A stretch of 63,597 nucleotides of DNA, filler included, from Phoronis australis (Eukaryota > Animalia > Phoronida), in assembly GCA_002633005.1 (NCBI GenBank). It is 5 parts of 5 records of this genome, joined end to end, with 100 filler letters (N's around TTAATTAATTAA, not from the genome) between each part and the next. Parts side by side here need not be neighbours in the genome. Positions count along the whole stretch, not along the records: positions 40,990 to 55,454 come from NMRA01001200.1; positions 55,555 to 61,080 come from NMRA01002322.1; positions 61,181 to 63,597 come from NMRA01000081.1; 2 more parts are not named here. One strand, given 5' to 3'. Under the pieces are notes generated by a model. The model saw only the letters and a list, made by a program, of their open reading frames with translations, did not search any database and had not been told where the DNA came from. The position numbers and the translations under genes were made by a program. Positions 49,847 to 62,606 of this stretch are shown here, in pieces (the first letter of the stretch is position 1; every line of letters begins with the position of its first letter).

Positions 49847-52800
49847 ACTTGTTTACTGAAGTTTACCATTGTAACCACAATGCAACATTCTGACCCATTT
49901 CCAATATGGCGGCGTTGCAACTCCCCTATTACTGCCTTGACAGTTGACGCTTAATTGTCTTGACATTGTTCTGTGGACACTCACCTGTTCTACGCAGGTG
50001 CAACTTGCATTATACTCCATTCACAAACTGGCTAGCTAGCACTTCAGTGCTGTCAATGATAGCAAAAACATCAGTTATGAAAATGCTTACGAGACACACT
50101 TTTGCTACGACTTCCCCAGGGCCTCAATGAGTACCCCATAACAGCTGGTGTGCTCTCGTGAGACCACTTAATCAAAGAACACACTTGGGCAGGGGTAAAG
50201 ACCTCTGTTGATGGTCACATTAATCAATCTAAGGTAGACAAATATTTTGACATCAATGTTCACATTAAAAGCCACTGGGGTGGTGAGGAAACCATCATTG
50301 CTGGCAAAAATGACCCTTCCCCTGGTCAGCTGGTCCATTTTACTAAAACACTAGTAGCTAGCTAAGCTATGTTAAAGCTAAGTGTTTTAGCCACTCATGT
50401 GAACCTAGCTTTATAGTTAAGTGCCCCTCCCTAAACAGCTACAGGCAAATGATTAATTCATAACATGAAAAAAGTGAAGGCCTATCAAAGGATACCGTTA
50501 TACCATTAAGACTGCTACAATGAAAATTGAATTGTTTAATGAGTTCTGTGTAATCAATAAAAAGCCTGGTCACATATGTTTTAATTTCAAAAGCAAAAAC
50601 ACCGAACTTTAATATGGGCACTTTTATAACAAAAACACTAATGACAGTTTATTTAATTGCTGGTAGATGTTATAATGCCGACAGCTCTCCAGTTTCTCTT
50701 CCTTTCCAAGACTAGTATAGTTCGGTAGCTGCCTTTTGTTAAAAGGGGTTAGGTCAAAAACCAGGTTGGAACAACAGCTCACCAAGAGGGTAATGGATAC
50801 ATGACATGACAATTACATGCATCTTAATTGTACAACATTACTTCCCATGTTCGTCTGTCGGTGGACCTCCGTCCCTGACGCCCCCTGACAAATCTCTGTT
50901 TAATTTTGCCGAAAAACAATAGCCAATACAGCATTTTCCTCTGATTACATTTTGAAACTGTTTCAACATTTTACCACCGTTTTATTTAACAGTACTTAAA
51001 CAGTACAAAGCCAGTTTTTCTCCACATACATTTTAGTGAACAAATTGACAAAGAAATAGTTTCACACCTCCACATTTTATCACTAGTGGAATTGAACGAA
51101 TTTATTACAACTCTTCAATCTATTCACAAAACTGAAGAAAATCCACAATGTTGCTGCTTCTACAGTTTTGCCAAACCATAATGACAAGACTTCCATATAT
51201 CCCCTTCACCATCAATATCAGGACTGCCATGGAATAGTTAGCAACATAACAGGCATAACCGAAGCAGTGGCAACTTGTTTAGCTACAAGACAGACCATTA
51301 CATCAACTCAGCATTCATTCACACATATACACCACTTGATGGTAGCAGTCATCATTCAAGCAAGATTGGTAGAGATGATAGCTAATCAATTTTAAATTTG
51401 TTAATGACAAATTCATGAAACCAGACACCATTTTGTGAAAGACTGCCCTGGATAAACAATATGAACTACCAATTCAAGCACATTTTCTTCCCGATATATG
51501 TTACGCAGCACTGAAATTCTTATCCTCTGGTAGGTTTGTCAGATATTCTCAACAAGTGTTCTGGGAACCATCTATAAGACTGGACACTGCAAGATAACCA
51601 TGTGGACAGTAGCTCTGTCAAGTTTTGTTATTGCAAGGATAATTTCAAAAACAGGACTGGATCCACTGATACACAAAGGTCTCAAATCTACAGGCAAATT
51701 TGGAGGACCTATGGGTCGTGGCAGAATCAATTTCCAGGGTAATGGCATATTAATGAGTGTGATTTTGTCTGCTACTTCAGTACATTATACGACCATGACT
51801 GATTGGTCTGGACAGCTTACGAAATTTCAATTAAACCTAACACATGAATCCACAGTTGGGATCTATACTTTTACAATTAGAATATATTAGGTCCCACATT
51901 CCTAACATTGCTGTTTTGGTCACTGAAATTAGTTTTGATCGGCTGATCAGCATTGTGTTAGAATCTGAATGTAATGAGTATTACTCAAAAAAAAAAATAA
52001 GATGTGATAACGAAAGAATTTTAATGCAGGCAAGTTGACCAGTCACAATGCGTGGCTGGAATTTCGTATGCGCTGATGACGTAAGATGGAATTACTCAGA
52101 AAAAAACAGCAGCTGTCCTTTCGTACTATTTGAAACTGATCTTCAGGCAAACAATCATGAAAATTGCACATTTAATGAAATACATTACCAAACCAAAATT
52201 TTCTTCTGGAACATTACAACTTGAAGTAGGACGTGTTTATTTTGAGAGCCACCGAATCAACTCAAAATATTGTTAACACACATACTCAACCAGGTTTAAA
52301 CCAAAACTTGAAATGTGTTGAGGAATTTTTCATTATTTGCCTTTGAGACACTTCACAGTACTCTGAGGTAGATAAGGCTTCCCTTACAGGAGTTAAATCT
52401 CTCACTTATGTAACTGCTGGAGACAATGAGCCACTTTCTACACTGTCTTAGTTTAGATGAGGATGATCTTGTTCTCAACCATTCTAGGAACTACAGTCAG
52501 TCATTAATGTGTCATAGGACAACTGATGTAAAGCAAGGGGATGAATCAAGGCCTGATCTACACCCTGAATAGTAGAAACTCCAGTCACTAGTCTGATGTA
52601 AGCTAACAGTGCTTTAGAACACAGTCTATTTACTGATCACTAGGTCCAGGGATGCAACCACCAAATTCTACTTGAGACTCAACTTGAAAATTTACCAATC
52701 ACGAATTTGAAAAATTCACTCGAAAGTCACTCGGAGCATGGCACACTATTCATCAATTATCGAGTCAAGTCTAAAACTTGGTGGCCATAAGTAAAGAACT

Positions 52801-55454
52801 GGATTTATTTCTCCTGTAGCACTGGTGTGATGGTCTTGCTTATGGTGACATGACCTGATTAATGGATTTGGGGAGATACACAGAAAGTTGAAAAATCCAA
52901 AACCTCACAGGCACTATCATTCTAGGTATATAGCGCCCCCTGTTGTTAGCGTAGAAGCGTGGGGAGATGATTAGTTCTTTACATCATCAATGACTCTGCT
53001 TGCGACAGGTAACTTCAGGGGAATGTTTAGCTCATAAATTATGTTTTTAAGACTTTCAGCTCAAAGTACTGTATTGAAAACTATGTATTTCTCTCTGATG
53101 CGTTGAGATATGTGTTAACACAGTTGACGTCAGGAATTTTGCCATTTGAGGTGGAATTGGGAGGCTTTTGTGAACTCCATCAAATGAAAGATTATGTAAA
53201 GTATATAAACAAAAGTAAATTGAAGACAAAATGCATTTTATTCTCGTTTGCACCAGATATAATCATTTAAGAATAGAGTTCCAAAGTGAAACCTCCCTTC
53301 CAGACTAGTTTCTACATTACCCAGAAACTTGTGGACTGAATGTTCACTGACTCCAATGGAACATGTGGAATGGATAACGTAACAGATACGGGCGAGGATC
53401 CAATTCTCCCCTTCTGCATTGATCGCTCTCCCATGCTAGTAGGTACGAAAAATAGGCACACCTTCAGATACGGCAGGCAGGTCAGCAGCCTCACTTTCGT
53501 TGTTATGAAGATTCACAAAATTGTTAGCATCTGTAATCTGAATACTTTATATTTTATATCATATTTAGTTAAGTCATGCTGGGAAAGTACTACTGCTGAG
53601 CCGTGGGCTGCAGTGCCGATTCAAGGAAGTGGGATAAGTTGGATAAATATCCATAGATGCGGAATGTCTCATTTCACCCCTTCCCAACAGTTCTGAAGGA
53701 CAAAAGACGACGAAACCCATCGTGCACACAACGTCATAGTTGTACAATCAACATAATCTTACTTCACAGCTGAGAAAAGCAAGAGTGCAGAATACGAGAA
53801 GAGACCAAACGCTAGTGGGTTCAAAAACATTCGTGACTCCCGACTGGTAACTTTTCATTACCTATATCCGGAAGCTCTTGCAAAATTTTTAATTAGGGCA
53901 CTAGACTGCCACAAAAGTATCCAGTATTGTGTATAACCCCTTACATGTTAACTGTATCAGGTGACTTATTTGCCCAAGAGGCTGGGTATGTATTGTACAA
54001 AGAGTCTTTTTTATTTTGTATTGCATTTTGTGATGCATCCATATCACTATAATAAATAATAATAATATTACAATCAAGTAATAACGCGGTGGCTATCAGG
54101 TGCATATCTATTCATTTGCAGGTTCAAGCTTGAAGAATAAGGCCAAACGCAGACAGAGAGCTACTCACCTAAACTGCAAGTTTAAGCTCAACTCATAGCT
54201 CACATCAGTGCCAAAATGAACTATGAGGACTTTGTCTCGTGAGGCAGTAAGGCAAATATTTCAGTAGCAGGATTTTTTTAATTAAGCGAAAATCCTCACA
54301 GTATGCAGGCAAGGTAACAAAAACTAATTTTTGCATCCCCTGAACACAACAAATCAACTAGCGGCACTTCCTTTTCTCTGGCTCATTGTAACTGTGAAAA
54401 CTACATTAATGTTGATCACTACCAATGTAGTTTACAGGTCTCTGGGCATTTTGCCTCGCTGTTTGCTGCTAACCCGCATTGAGCTATGTGATGAGCTATC
54501 TTTCATTTACGGCAGTCATTTGAGCTCATAGCCCGGCATCTGCACTAGGCATATGAGATTCAGCCAACAGTGATTTTGGGTTTAACCACAAGACTTAACC
54601 TCTGGCCATGGTGATTACAGTTTGGCCAATGCAGCTGTGTGTTCTGCGGATGCGAGAATCTCGTGAAGAAACACAATAACCAAACACCATACAACATCAC
54701 ACGAGAGGGAGGCGAGTTTTTAGCGAGTATACTCAAGACCTTACTAGCGTAACCCAACAAAATGGCAGTCACTACAGTGATTGTAAGGCGAGAATGAGAT
54801 GTTGATTTATGGAATAAAATTTACCATTTCCTGTTCCATAAGGTTTCTCACCGCTAGTGCTTTCTGAGTATCATGTTTTTAAGTCTAGACAATGCAACAT
54901 AGGTTTCCACTCACAATGCATAGTCACTTTCCACGAGTCCAGGATACAGTTTTCAGGAGGCTACAGGAAACTTTAGTCAACGATTACTGACAAGACATGA
55001 TTTAGTAAGTGAACTTGAGACTCACAAAGCGCAAGTCATTTATTTACCAGATGAACTTTCACTGTTTTTCATGACTTTACTAGTTTTTCATTTTCCATGC
55101 GCTTATTTCCTAGCATTAACTATTTTTGTCACTTTCCAGGTTTTTCAAGATGAAAGGGTTCCATGCATCCATGGGAATTTGGTGGATTTCATCTACGGCG
55201 TTCATGGCGTTCTTTAAATACATTGTAAGCGTTCGGAAACATCAAAGATAACTTGGTGACATGAAAACTAATTCGCAATTTGTGTTTTAAGTGGCTCGTG
55301 CCTCAAGCGTTTTTCGCATCAAAAAGACTTGCTGTTCTATGTAATTATTCAATGTCTTTTGAGGTTGGTTTTCAATATTTAATTTTTCTGCGATAGTTGA
55401 TAAGTCGTACTTGTGCCACTGCTGCAATGGATCATGCTTTAAAATTTCAGTGTT

Positions 55455-55554
55455 NNNNNNNNNNNNNNNNNNNNNNNNNNNNNNNNNNNNNNNNNNNNTT
55501 AATTAATTAANNNNNNNNNNNNNNNNNNNNNNNNNNNNNNNNNNNNNNNNNNNN
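55455..55554. other. Artificial assembly spacer
   Basis: N44-TTAATTAATTAA-N44. Confidence 0.95.
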
Positions 55555-55920
55555 GTTTTGGGCTATTTGCATTGACAAAAACACTTAATTGCATTCACCA
55601 AATGTTCAACTTCGATCAGTGTTTAATTTGCGAGCTTTTTTGCGGCAATGGCGTAATATTTATATTAACGATTGTAAAGCTATCCCTGATGCCCACATGT
55701 TATTAACTAGGAAAAACTATTTCTAGCCCCGTCAACAGCGTTTACTCAGATAAAGTATGCATAAAAAAATCCATGTATCTCTGCTGCTGCTGGTTCCTAG
55801 ATCTTACTTGAAGATCACGTATTTTTCACTCCTGTGGCGACCGTTGACGCATGACTTTTGTTGAACTCTCCTGAGTTGGTGGTTGCTTTTGATTTTATTG
55901 TTTTTTGGTCGAAATCGAAT

Positions 55921-56423
55921 CAAGGTTTGGAATTTTCCGCGGAAACGCGGATTTCCGCTTTTTTCAAATGTTCTGTCCGCGCATTTTATTATATTTCCGC
56001 GTAAAAAAATCGGATTTAATATAAAATTTCCGCGGCAAATTCCTTTCTTACCGCGGCGTTGCCGACAATGTTCACCTTGAAAAGCGGAAGTTGCTCTTTA
56101 CGTTTCGGAGGAACGTAAATTGTCAACATTGCCGGGCATCTGGGATAGCGTGGCGGGATTTTCAATGGCGTCTCGTGTTATTGTAAACCGCGGCGACAAA
56201 TACTACGGCTCTGCAGCCAAAAATGTGTGGGGGTGGGATTGGAGGAGTGGATGGACGAGATAAAATAACGCAGACGCATGGTGGTAACGTTTTTTTTTTT
56301 AGTCCTTTCGATTTTTGTCGGGCGAAAGGTTCACATCGACTANCTATTTCAAGGCTGGGTAGCGCGCATGTTTTGGGCCATAAAAGTTTCCGCGTTTTTT
56401 GTCATTAGTCATTCCAAGCCCTG
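55921..56423. mobile_element. Inverted sister copy of the 42962-43520 TIR element
   Basis: caaggtttggaatt...attccaagccctg; body is the reverse complement of 42962-43520, without the internal duplication. Confidence 0.75.
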
Positions 56424-57024
56424 ATTATTGGACTTGACTTTTGACAAGTATTTTCAATCCAGACACACCCATCCTAGCCATTTCTATTGAGTTTATTAAC
56501 TCTTTGAAGCTTGGTAGCTAACTAGTGTGGAATTCGAGATGCGGGAGAAAACTATGAACTATGATATCTTCATTTGGAAAATGACATCATCTTGTGTTGA
56601 CACTTAAATCAAAATATTTTTGTAATGACCCATTCCATCATGATACTTTGTCGTCAATTCATCTTCAGTGTTACGAATTAGAAAACAATTTCAAAGACTT
56701 TTTTATCAGATGTGTTTGGGGGCTGTTTCTCGAAAAATCTTGACTAAACGTCTGTGTACGGATAGCTTAGCAAGTTTCATAAAATCAGGCAAGGGCTAAA
56801 AATCAGAAAATCTGTCTACAACTCAAAGCAAACTAAAATAAAAAGCCAAAAGACAAAAAATCAACTTTCTGTTACAGACTCTTCGAAAAACAGACCATTG
56901 GTATACTCAACTCCCAGGCAGCTGGTTAGTAGAGACAACTTGAGAACAAAACATCCACGAGGTGCGCTCGCCCTGAAATGTAACTGCAGAATCCAAAATG
57001 GCGTCTGAAAAACAGTTTACTCAC

Positions 57025-57182
57025 CTCCTTAGTGGAAAATACGGGCGCACAACTGGCCCAAAGGGTCTTCTCTCTGTGTGATGTCTCTATGTCCCACATA
57101 GACACCTCGTTGTTTCCTTGTAACGAGGAGACAAACCATGAACTCTTCTCTGGATGTACAAGCAGTCGCCTCACACGAGCAT
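57025..57182 (-). CDS. PIK3R4: PIK3R4/Vps15 WD40-region exon
   Basis: (N)ARVRRLLVHPEKSSWFVSSLQGNNEVSMWDIETSHREKTLWASCAPVFSTKE; phase-1 join to 59639. Confidence 0.92.
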
Positions 57183-57475
57183 CTGTCAATGAAAGTATCA
57201 CACAGAGTTAAAGGCGAAGGCAACCTTTTCCATGTCATTTTGAGCTAAAATAAGGTTGGTTGGTTATCCTAGACATATTTTCCACTTTATTACAGCTTTT
57301 CGTAATTTTATTAATTACTCGTCCGCTACTGCGGAAGTGACGTTTTAAGAGGCAAGTATTTCGCGCCAATTTCTTTTCATGTAGTCTGACTGTGAGAGCT
57401 GCCGAGTCAGTCATTGTTCTACCTCGGTTGTGTTAAGTTCCGTCGTCGTTTGCTTTCATTTACTAGTCAGTCAAC

Positions 57476-58483
57476 ATGCCACACTGTTGCTGCGTACCGG
57501 AATGTACTAATTATCGGCTCACGCGCGCTTTGGGAGTACCTTTGCATCGCTTTCCGATGGATGACACACTTCGCCGTACTTGGCTCGTTCGTGTGAAGAA
57601 CGCAGCGTTACCCGTCCACGCAACGTACAAAGCAGTGGAGAATTACCGTGTGTGTGGCAAGCACTTTCTGCCGTCCGATTACGAAAGGGATTTGTACGCT
57701 GAACTGATGAAGGTCCCCGCGAAACAACGCTTGAAGAAGGATGCCATTCCGTCTGTGTTGATTCCCGGCAGTGCCCCGTCGCCACCCCCGAGAAGTGCGT
57801 TTTTGAAGCGAGAAGCCTCGCGAGCTGTGGCCAGTACAGTGACTGGAGCCAGTGGAGGCACTTCATCTACTGTCACCCGTGCCTCCGAACGTACCCCAGA
57901 GCGTGCAATTCCTGGAACCAGTAGTGATTCGCCCTGTGCTGTTTTCTCCAGCCCAGAGCCTCTAAGCAGCCCTGCAGCGATATTGAGTAGTGGGAGTGAT
58001 TACAGGCTCAGTTCGACACCCAGTGAAGAGGACAGTTCGTCGTCCAGTGAACAGATCGGTGAGCCAAACTTTGATAAGTTTATTGTGGACTTGTCTAAAG
58101 TGTTGGAGCTATTTAGAAGGTGCCAGGTGTGTGGCGAGGGAGTCACACGACACGATGTAAGCAGTTTGGGTGCTCAGGTCACCATCCAGTGGGAGTGTGT
58201 CGCGGGACACTCTGGCAAGTGGGACAGTTGTTCCTCTGTCCGTGGTATGCCGGAGGTCCACTTAACCATGTCCAGTAGTGGCTTGGCCTCGTCGAACTCT
58301 GAACAGCACAAGCATTCCATTGAGGTAGGCATAACAACGCACACAGTGCATTTGCACCAAGATGTGTCACCACGTCTGTCCTCAGTAGCCGCCTCGTTTC
58401 TCTCAACAGCTGCCTGTGCCTGTGCGTACTCTGCCTCGTTATACTCGGGCTCAAACATGTACCCACCCACTGAATGTCCGTGA
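57476..58483 (+). CDS. Truncated Kolobok transposase (THAP + KFIV...CxxC zinc region; DDE core deleted; last ~70 aa read from antisense KolX)
   Basis: MPHCCCVPEC...LHRFP...W...VCGKHF...DAIPS; DKFIVDLSKVLELFRRCQVC...WECVAGHSGKWDS. Confidence 0.8.
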   Translation: MPHCCCVPECTNYRLTRALGVPLHRFPMDDTLRRTWLVRVKNAALPVHATYKAVENYRVCGKHFLPSDYERDLYAELMKVPAKQRLKKDAIPSVLIPGSAPSPPPRSAFLKREASRAVASTVTGASGGTSSTVTRASERTPERAIPGTSSDSPCAVFSSPEPLSSPAAILSSGSDYRLSSTPSEEDSSSSSEQIGEPNFDKFIVDLSKVLELFRRCQVCGEGVTRHDVSSLGAQVTIQWECVAGHSGKWDSCSSVRGMPEVHLTMSSSGLASSNSEQHKHSIEVGITTHTVHLHQDVSPRLSSVAASFLSTAACACAYSASLYSGSNMYPPTECP

Positions 58484-58569
58484 AAAAATTCCTCGTCACC
58501 ACTGCTGTGAACAAGGTCTCCGTCACTCACACTACTGTCACTGTGATGCGGGTCACCGACTCCAGCCAT
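58270..58569 (-). CDS. KolX-like / P2X7 ballast-like protein, N-terminal fragment
   Basis: MAGVGD...GYMFEPEY...RRGDTSWCKCTVCVVMPTSMECLCCSE (YxFEP plus WCxCxxCxxMPTxxECxCCxE). Confidence 0.75.
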
Positions 58570-59638
58570 TTTCAGCTTACAACACACTAAACAATCCCTA
58601 AATCCAACGTAGTTGAGTTCTCTATTAACCTATCTTGCCGCAGAATACTCGCCGATGGAAAGTGGTGGTGACAATTGTTGAAAAACAGCACAAAACAAAA
58701 GTAGAAAAGAACAGATTCGCACGGTAAAGTCAACGCAAAACCAAGTGGCAGGAAACGCTTGCCTCCTAAAACGTCACTTCCGGAGTAGCGGACGAGTAAT
58801 TAATAAAATTACAAAAAGCTGTAATTAAGTGGAAAATATGTCTAGGATAACCAACCCACCTTATTTTAGCTCAAAATGACATGGAAAGAGGTTGCCTTTG
58901 CCTTTAATACAACACCTTATGAAGGATCCTATGGACAACTTTGTGTCTTTAGCCAAACACCTCCTGTAGAAGTATAAATTTTCTTACAGTAGAAAGACTA
59001 CAGAATTTAATTTTTCACTTTTATCAAGCTGCCAAGTTGGGTAATATGATCTTGACTTTTTAGTAACTTTTATAAAAAAAGTGTTCATTGATACAAAAAC
59101 AATGGTATTAAAACAGGATCAAATTTCCTTTAATATAAATGTTCAAGATGAAAAATCAAAAACAGCGTTACAGTTTTCTGAATTATGATTTCATTTGATT
59201 TTGTGCATTCTTTTGAGTTTTTCCAAGATAATCATAAAATCACATACTTTGACAGCACTCCCGGTAACGTGGAACATTTTAAAAACAATTCCTAACTGTA
59301 CACTGCTAAAGCGTAGTACCTGAAAGTTTCATATGAATGGAATCTTTCATTTCTGAGATACGATTTGAAGTTGGCTAAATTTGGATATATTTTTAGAGTC
59401 CTCCATAACCTTAAACAATTCAGACAGAATATGGATTCATAAACCCATCAGTAGCAAATATTACAGAGTCAAGAGTATTCATGTGCTACCTCCAAGATAT
59501 TTCAAAACCTGGATCATAATCTTCTGATATTTGCAAAATCAAAATAAAACTAGCTAAAAATACGCTGTGTCCCAGCATAATAATAATAATGAATCTGACA
59601 TGTACAATTACAGCACTCGTGCCTCAATTTAAACTTAC

Positions 59639-59764
59639 TCGTCGAATGGTTAAAGACTCTGATTGGAAGCTGAAACCTCATGTCCCAGCATACAAACGTC
59701 CCGCTGCTTGTTCCAACGCACAGCCATGATTGGTTGTGATGAACATCAAAAGAAGTGATGAGAC
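59639..59764 (-). CDS. PIK3R4: PIK3R4/Vps15 WD40-region exon
   Basis: [42 protein letters not shown]; phase 1-1. Confidence 0.92.
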
Positions 59765-61040
59765 CTGGGAAATGAAAAATGATTAAAGTAGCCAGCACGC
59801 AGTTAAGTACACATCAAATTTTGTTCACTTAAATGGTACACATTCATTATTTACCCAGGTGAACTTTTCATCAGTAACTGACAGCAAGAACATTAAGGAT
59901 ATAGGCTACTCTGTCCGCTTCATGACATCTTGCCCTCTGTCAACAGACTTGTACAAGAACTTCTGTCGTCAAGAGGCCTCTTTATAAGGAAAGCTTATCT
60001 AGGTACTACGGTGTGGAGCAATTATTGCATCAGCAATAACTCCATTGCAATAAAACTCTCTAGGTTAAATAACTTAACACTGTATCATGGCCTAAAACTG
60101 TTGAAGTTTCAAACTGTTTGGTTTTTGAAGTTGAATAAGCCATAAAAAGTTAGCATTACGGCCATGTACAGTTTCAACTTCAGGTGAAAACATTTCCTAA
60201 GATCAGATAATCTATTCTATTGTGAAGCATTCCTGCAATCTTTTGCTAGAATACACAAGTCATAAACCAATTTATATGTACGTTTACATCCTTGGTTAAC
60301 AGAGCAGAAATGATGACATTGTATACACTAATATTATTTTGTAGTATTTCTTTGAAAATAATTTTTCATGGCAAACAGTTGGAAAAGTAACCGGTTTTAG
60401 TTCACAATAGTTTAATTTATTTCAGCCAGCATTAGACTGCAATGACCTCATCGCTAAAGTGGTAATTGCCCTGACATCCACACAAAAGAAGCCACACCAC
60501 CGTTCCTGACATCGAAGGATTATGTCTACGGTGATTTGTGTACAAATCTATTACCGAAGTACACACAGTCGCGGTATGGACCAAGTTTCTAATGGTTAAA
60601 ATCATTTTTACCCAAATGCAACAAAAAGTGGCCGTAATAGTTTTGGTTCTTGATGAAAGCAGTACATTTGGTTTAAGTTACTCTTTGAACCAACTGGCCG
60701 GTGTCAGTCATGATGCCAGACAAAAGACCGCGGATCACTTAACAATGAACTACATTTGATATCTGGATTAAGCCTCTACAGTTGAAACCAAATAGATGAT
60801 TTTATAACCATGGTGTACATTAGACAATAATCATCAGATTGCTTGCAAAATTCGTTGCACATTATTTTTACACCACTCTTTTTATCCAAACTTATTGTAA
60901 GCAGAGCATGTTTATGGGACTTGATACAATTAGACTGGCTACCTGTCAAAAACAATAATTATCAATCAAGAGTGCAAAAAAGTTTCAAACGCAAGATGAA
61001 ATCACAATTAACCTTCAAAAGATGTCACCAAGAATCATAC

Positions 61041-61080
61041 CATGCCTAGGGTCGTTCTTGAGGGTCCAGACATCCTTGGA
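61041..61080 (-). CDS. PIK3R4: PIK3R4 exon, 3' part (truncated by contig end)
   Basis: SKDVWTLKNDPRH-G|gtatg, phase compatible with 59764. Confidence 0.75.
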
Positions 61081-61180
61081 NNNNNNNNNNNNNNNNNNNN
61101 NNNNNNNNNNNNNNNNNNNNNNNNTTAATTAATTAANNNNNNNNNNNNNNNNNNNNNNNNNNNNNNNNNNNNNNNNNNNN
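61081..61180. other. Artificial assembly spacer
   Basis: N44-TTAATTAATTAA-N44. Confidence 0.95.
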
Positions 61181-61769
61181 CAATCCAAGCATTGTCAGAT
61201 TCCATTTCTGTAAAATTTATCCAATAAAGACAATTTCAATATTTTGAAAGCAAACCAAGCAAAATTGTTTTGATTGCTTTTTTGATGATCAAACTAAACA
61301 CTGAAATTAAATGAGAGCAAAGAGTTATTGAACTAAAATAGTTGCATTAAGTCAAAAATGACTTCCTACTTAAAAGAGACATTCTCAGTTATGTTGAAGT
61401 TAGCAGTGTTGTAGAAACAAACCCACCAGCTCCACTGTGGCAGCCAATCAAAACTAATGGAAAGCCAAATCCCACACATTAAGTGCCAGAGTATTTTAGG
61501 TGTCCTTAAACAGTAAAGACATGGCCTTGACTTTGGTGAATGTCTGGCAGACCATGGCAAAAATTCTAGAATTTTAATGAAATTATAAAAATACAATCGA
61601 TCTTGATGTTTCATAGCTCTTGTCAAAGCTAATAACTTCAAAAAAGTCTATTCCATTCTATAATAATACTAAAATTGTATTTTTCAACTCCAACAATGAT
61701 GATGTCCCTTTTAATCATTTGCTGCCAAAAAACGTTTATAACAGAATGCCTTTACAGAGCTATACATAC

Positions 61770-61928
61770 GACTAACAAAATCCAATTCATCTTGCGTTTC
61801 GATTTTCACCAGTTGGGCATCCTCTGCCTCGCAGTCCTTCTTGGCACTGTACCAAGTTTTCCGAACCTCGCTAAACATGTAGCAGGAAGCACCCTTTAAT
61901 TTGTAGTTGTCCGGACAGGTGTACACCC
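61770..61928 (-). CDS. C-type lectin domain, first-half exon
   Basis: VYTCPDNYKLKGASCYMFSEVRKTWYSAKKDCEAEDAQLVKIETQDELDFVS; AG/GT, phase 1-1. Confidence 0.85.
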
Positions 61929-62148
61929 CTGAGTATTAACATAATGAGGTAACAGACAGGTGTACATTGCTGATGATTACCGTAATGAGGTAATAGTACT
62001 ACTTGGTGAATGCTGTCAAATGCTTCTGATAAATCCATCAAGTAGACATTTTACCTATTGTGTTGTTAACAACATCAGTGGTCATAGTATGGCATACGTT
62101 ACTTGGTTTGGAACGTCAATAAACAATACAAAGTGTCATCTATAAAAA

Positions 62149-62278
62149 CACCCAGCACGGAGGTAGATACAGTACACACTACAAGCATTCAACACCCAGT
62201 ACGGAGGTAGATACAGTACACACTACAAGCATTCAACACCCAGCACGGAGGTAGATAAAGTACACACTACAAGTATTC
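62149..62278. repeat. 44-bp tandem repeat x3
   Basis: cacccagcacggaggtagatacagtacacactacaagcattcaa units. Confidence 0.9.
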
Positions 62279-62484
62279 AGACAAAAGGACACAGAATTTC
62301 CCATCACAACATCAGGGGAGGAAACCGAATTCATCACCAGAGCAGTCTTCCCATGTGACTAAGAACAAAGTGAGATAAACAAGAAAGTTATTAAGGTGAC
62401 TATTAACCAATAATGCCCTTTTTGCTGTAAACAGAATAAGCCATCATGATGTGGAAACGGTATTTTGTTCGATTACTTTTGTCT

Positions 62485-62606
62485 TGTACTGTACTGTACT
62501 GTACTGTACTGTACTGTACTGTACTGTACTGTACTTTACTGCACTGTACTGCACTGTACTTTACTGTACTGTACTGTACTGTACTGAACTGTACTGTACT
62601 GTACTA
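62485..62606. repeat. (TGTAC)n pentanucleotide microsatellite
   Basis: Direct sequence. Confidence 0.95.

Larger units (their letters stand above)
45276..49927 (-). mobile_element. ISL2EU (PIF/Harbinger-related) DNA transposon, one end visible
   Basis: Convergent transposase and YqaJ genes; probable terminus ...gttgcaactcccct|AT at 49927, about 80 bp upstream of the transposase ATG. Other TIR not found. Confidence 0.75.
57212..58903 (+). mobile_element. Internally deleted Kolobok element in a PIK3R4 intron
   Basis: TTAA at 57208-57211 and 58904-58907; ~145-bp TIRs starting AGGC(G/A)AAGGCAACC; convergent THAP and KolX-like ORFs. Confidence 0.9.

Noticed and set aside
50000-55454. Short ORFs as further MINDY3 or TRPM exons
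   Set aside because: No recognisable motifs found by eye; small exons could have been missed.
62149-62278. Possible CRISPR-like array
   Set aside because: Units repeat head-to-tail with no unique spacers; eukaryotic minisatellite.
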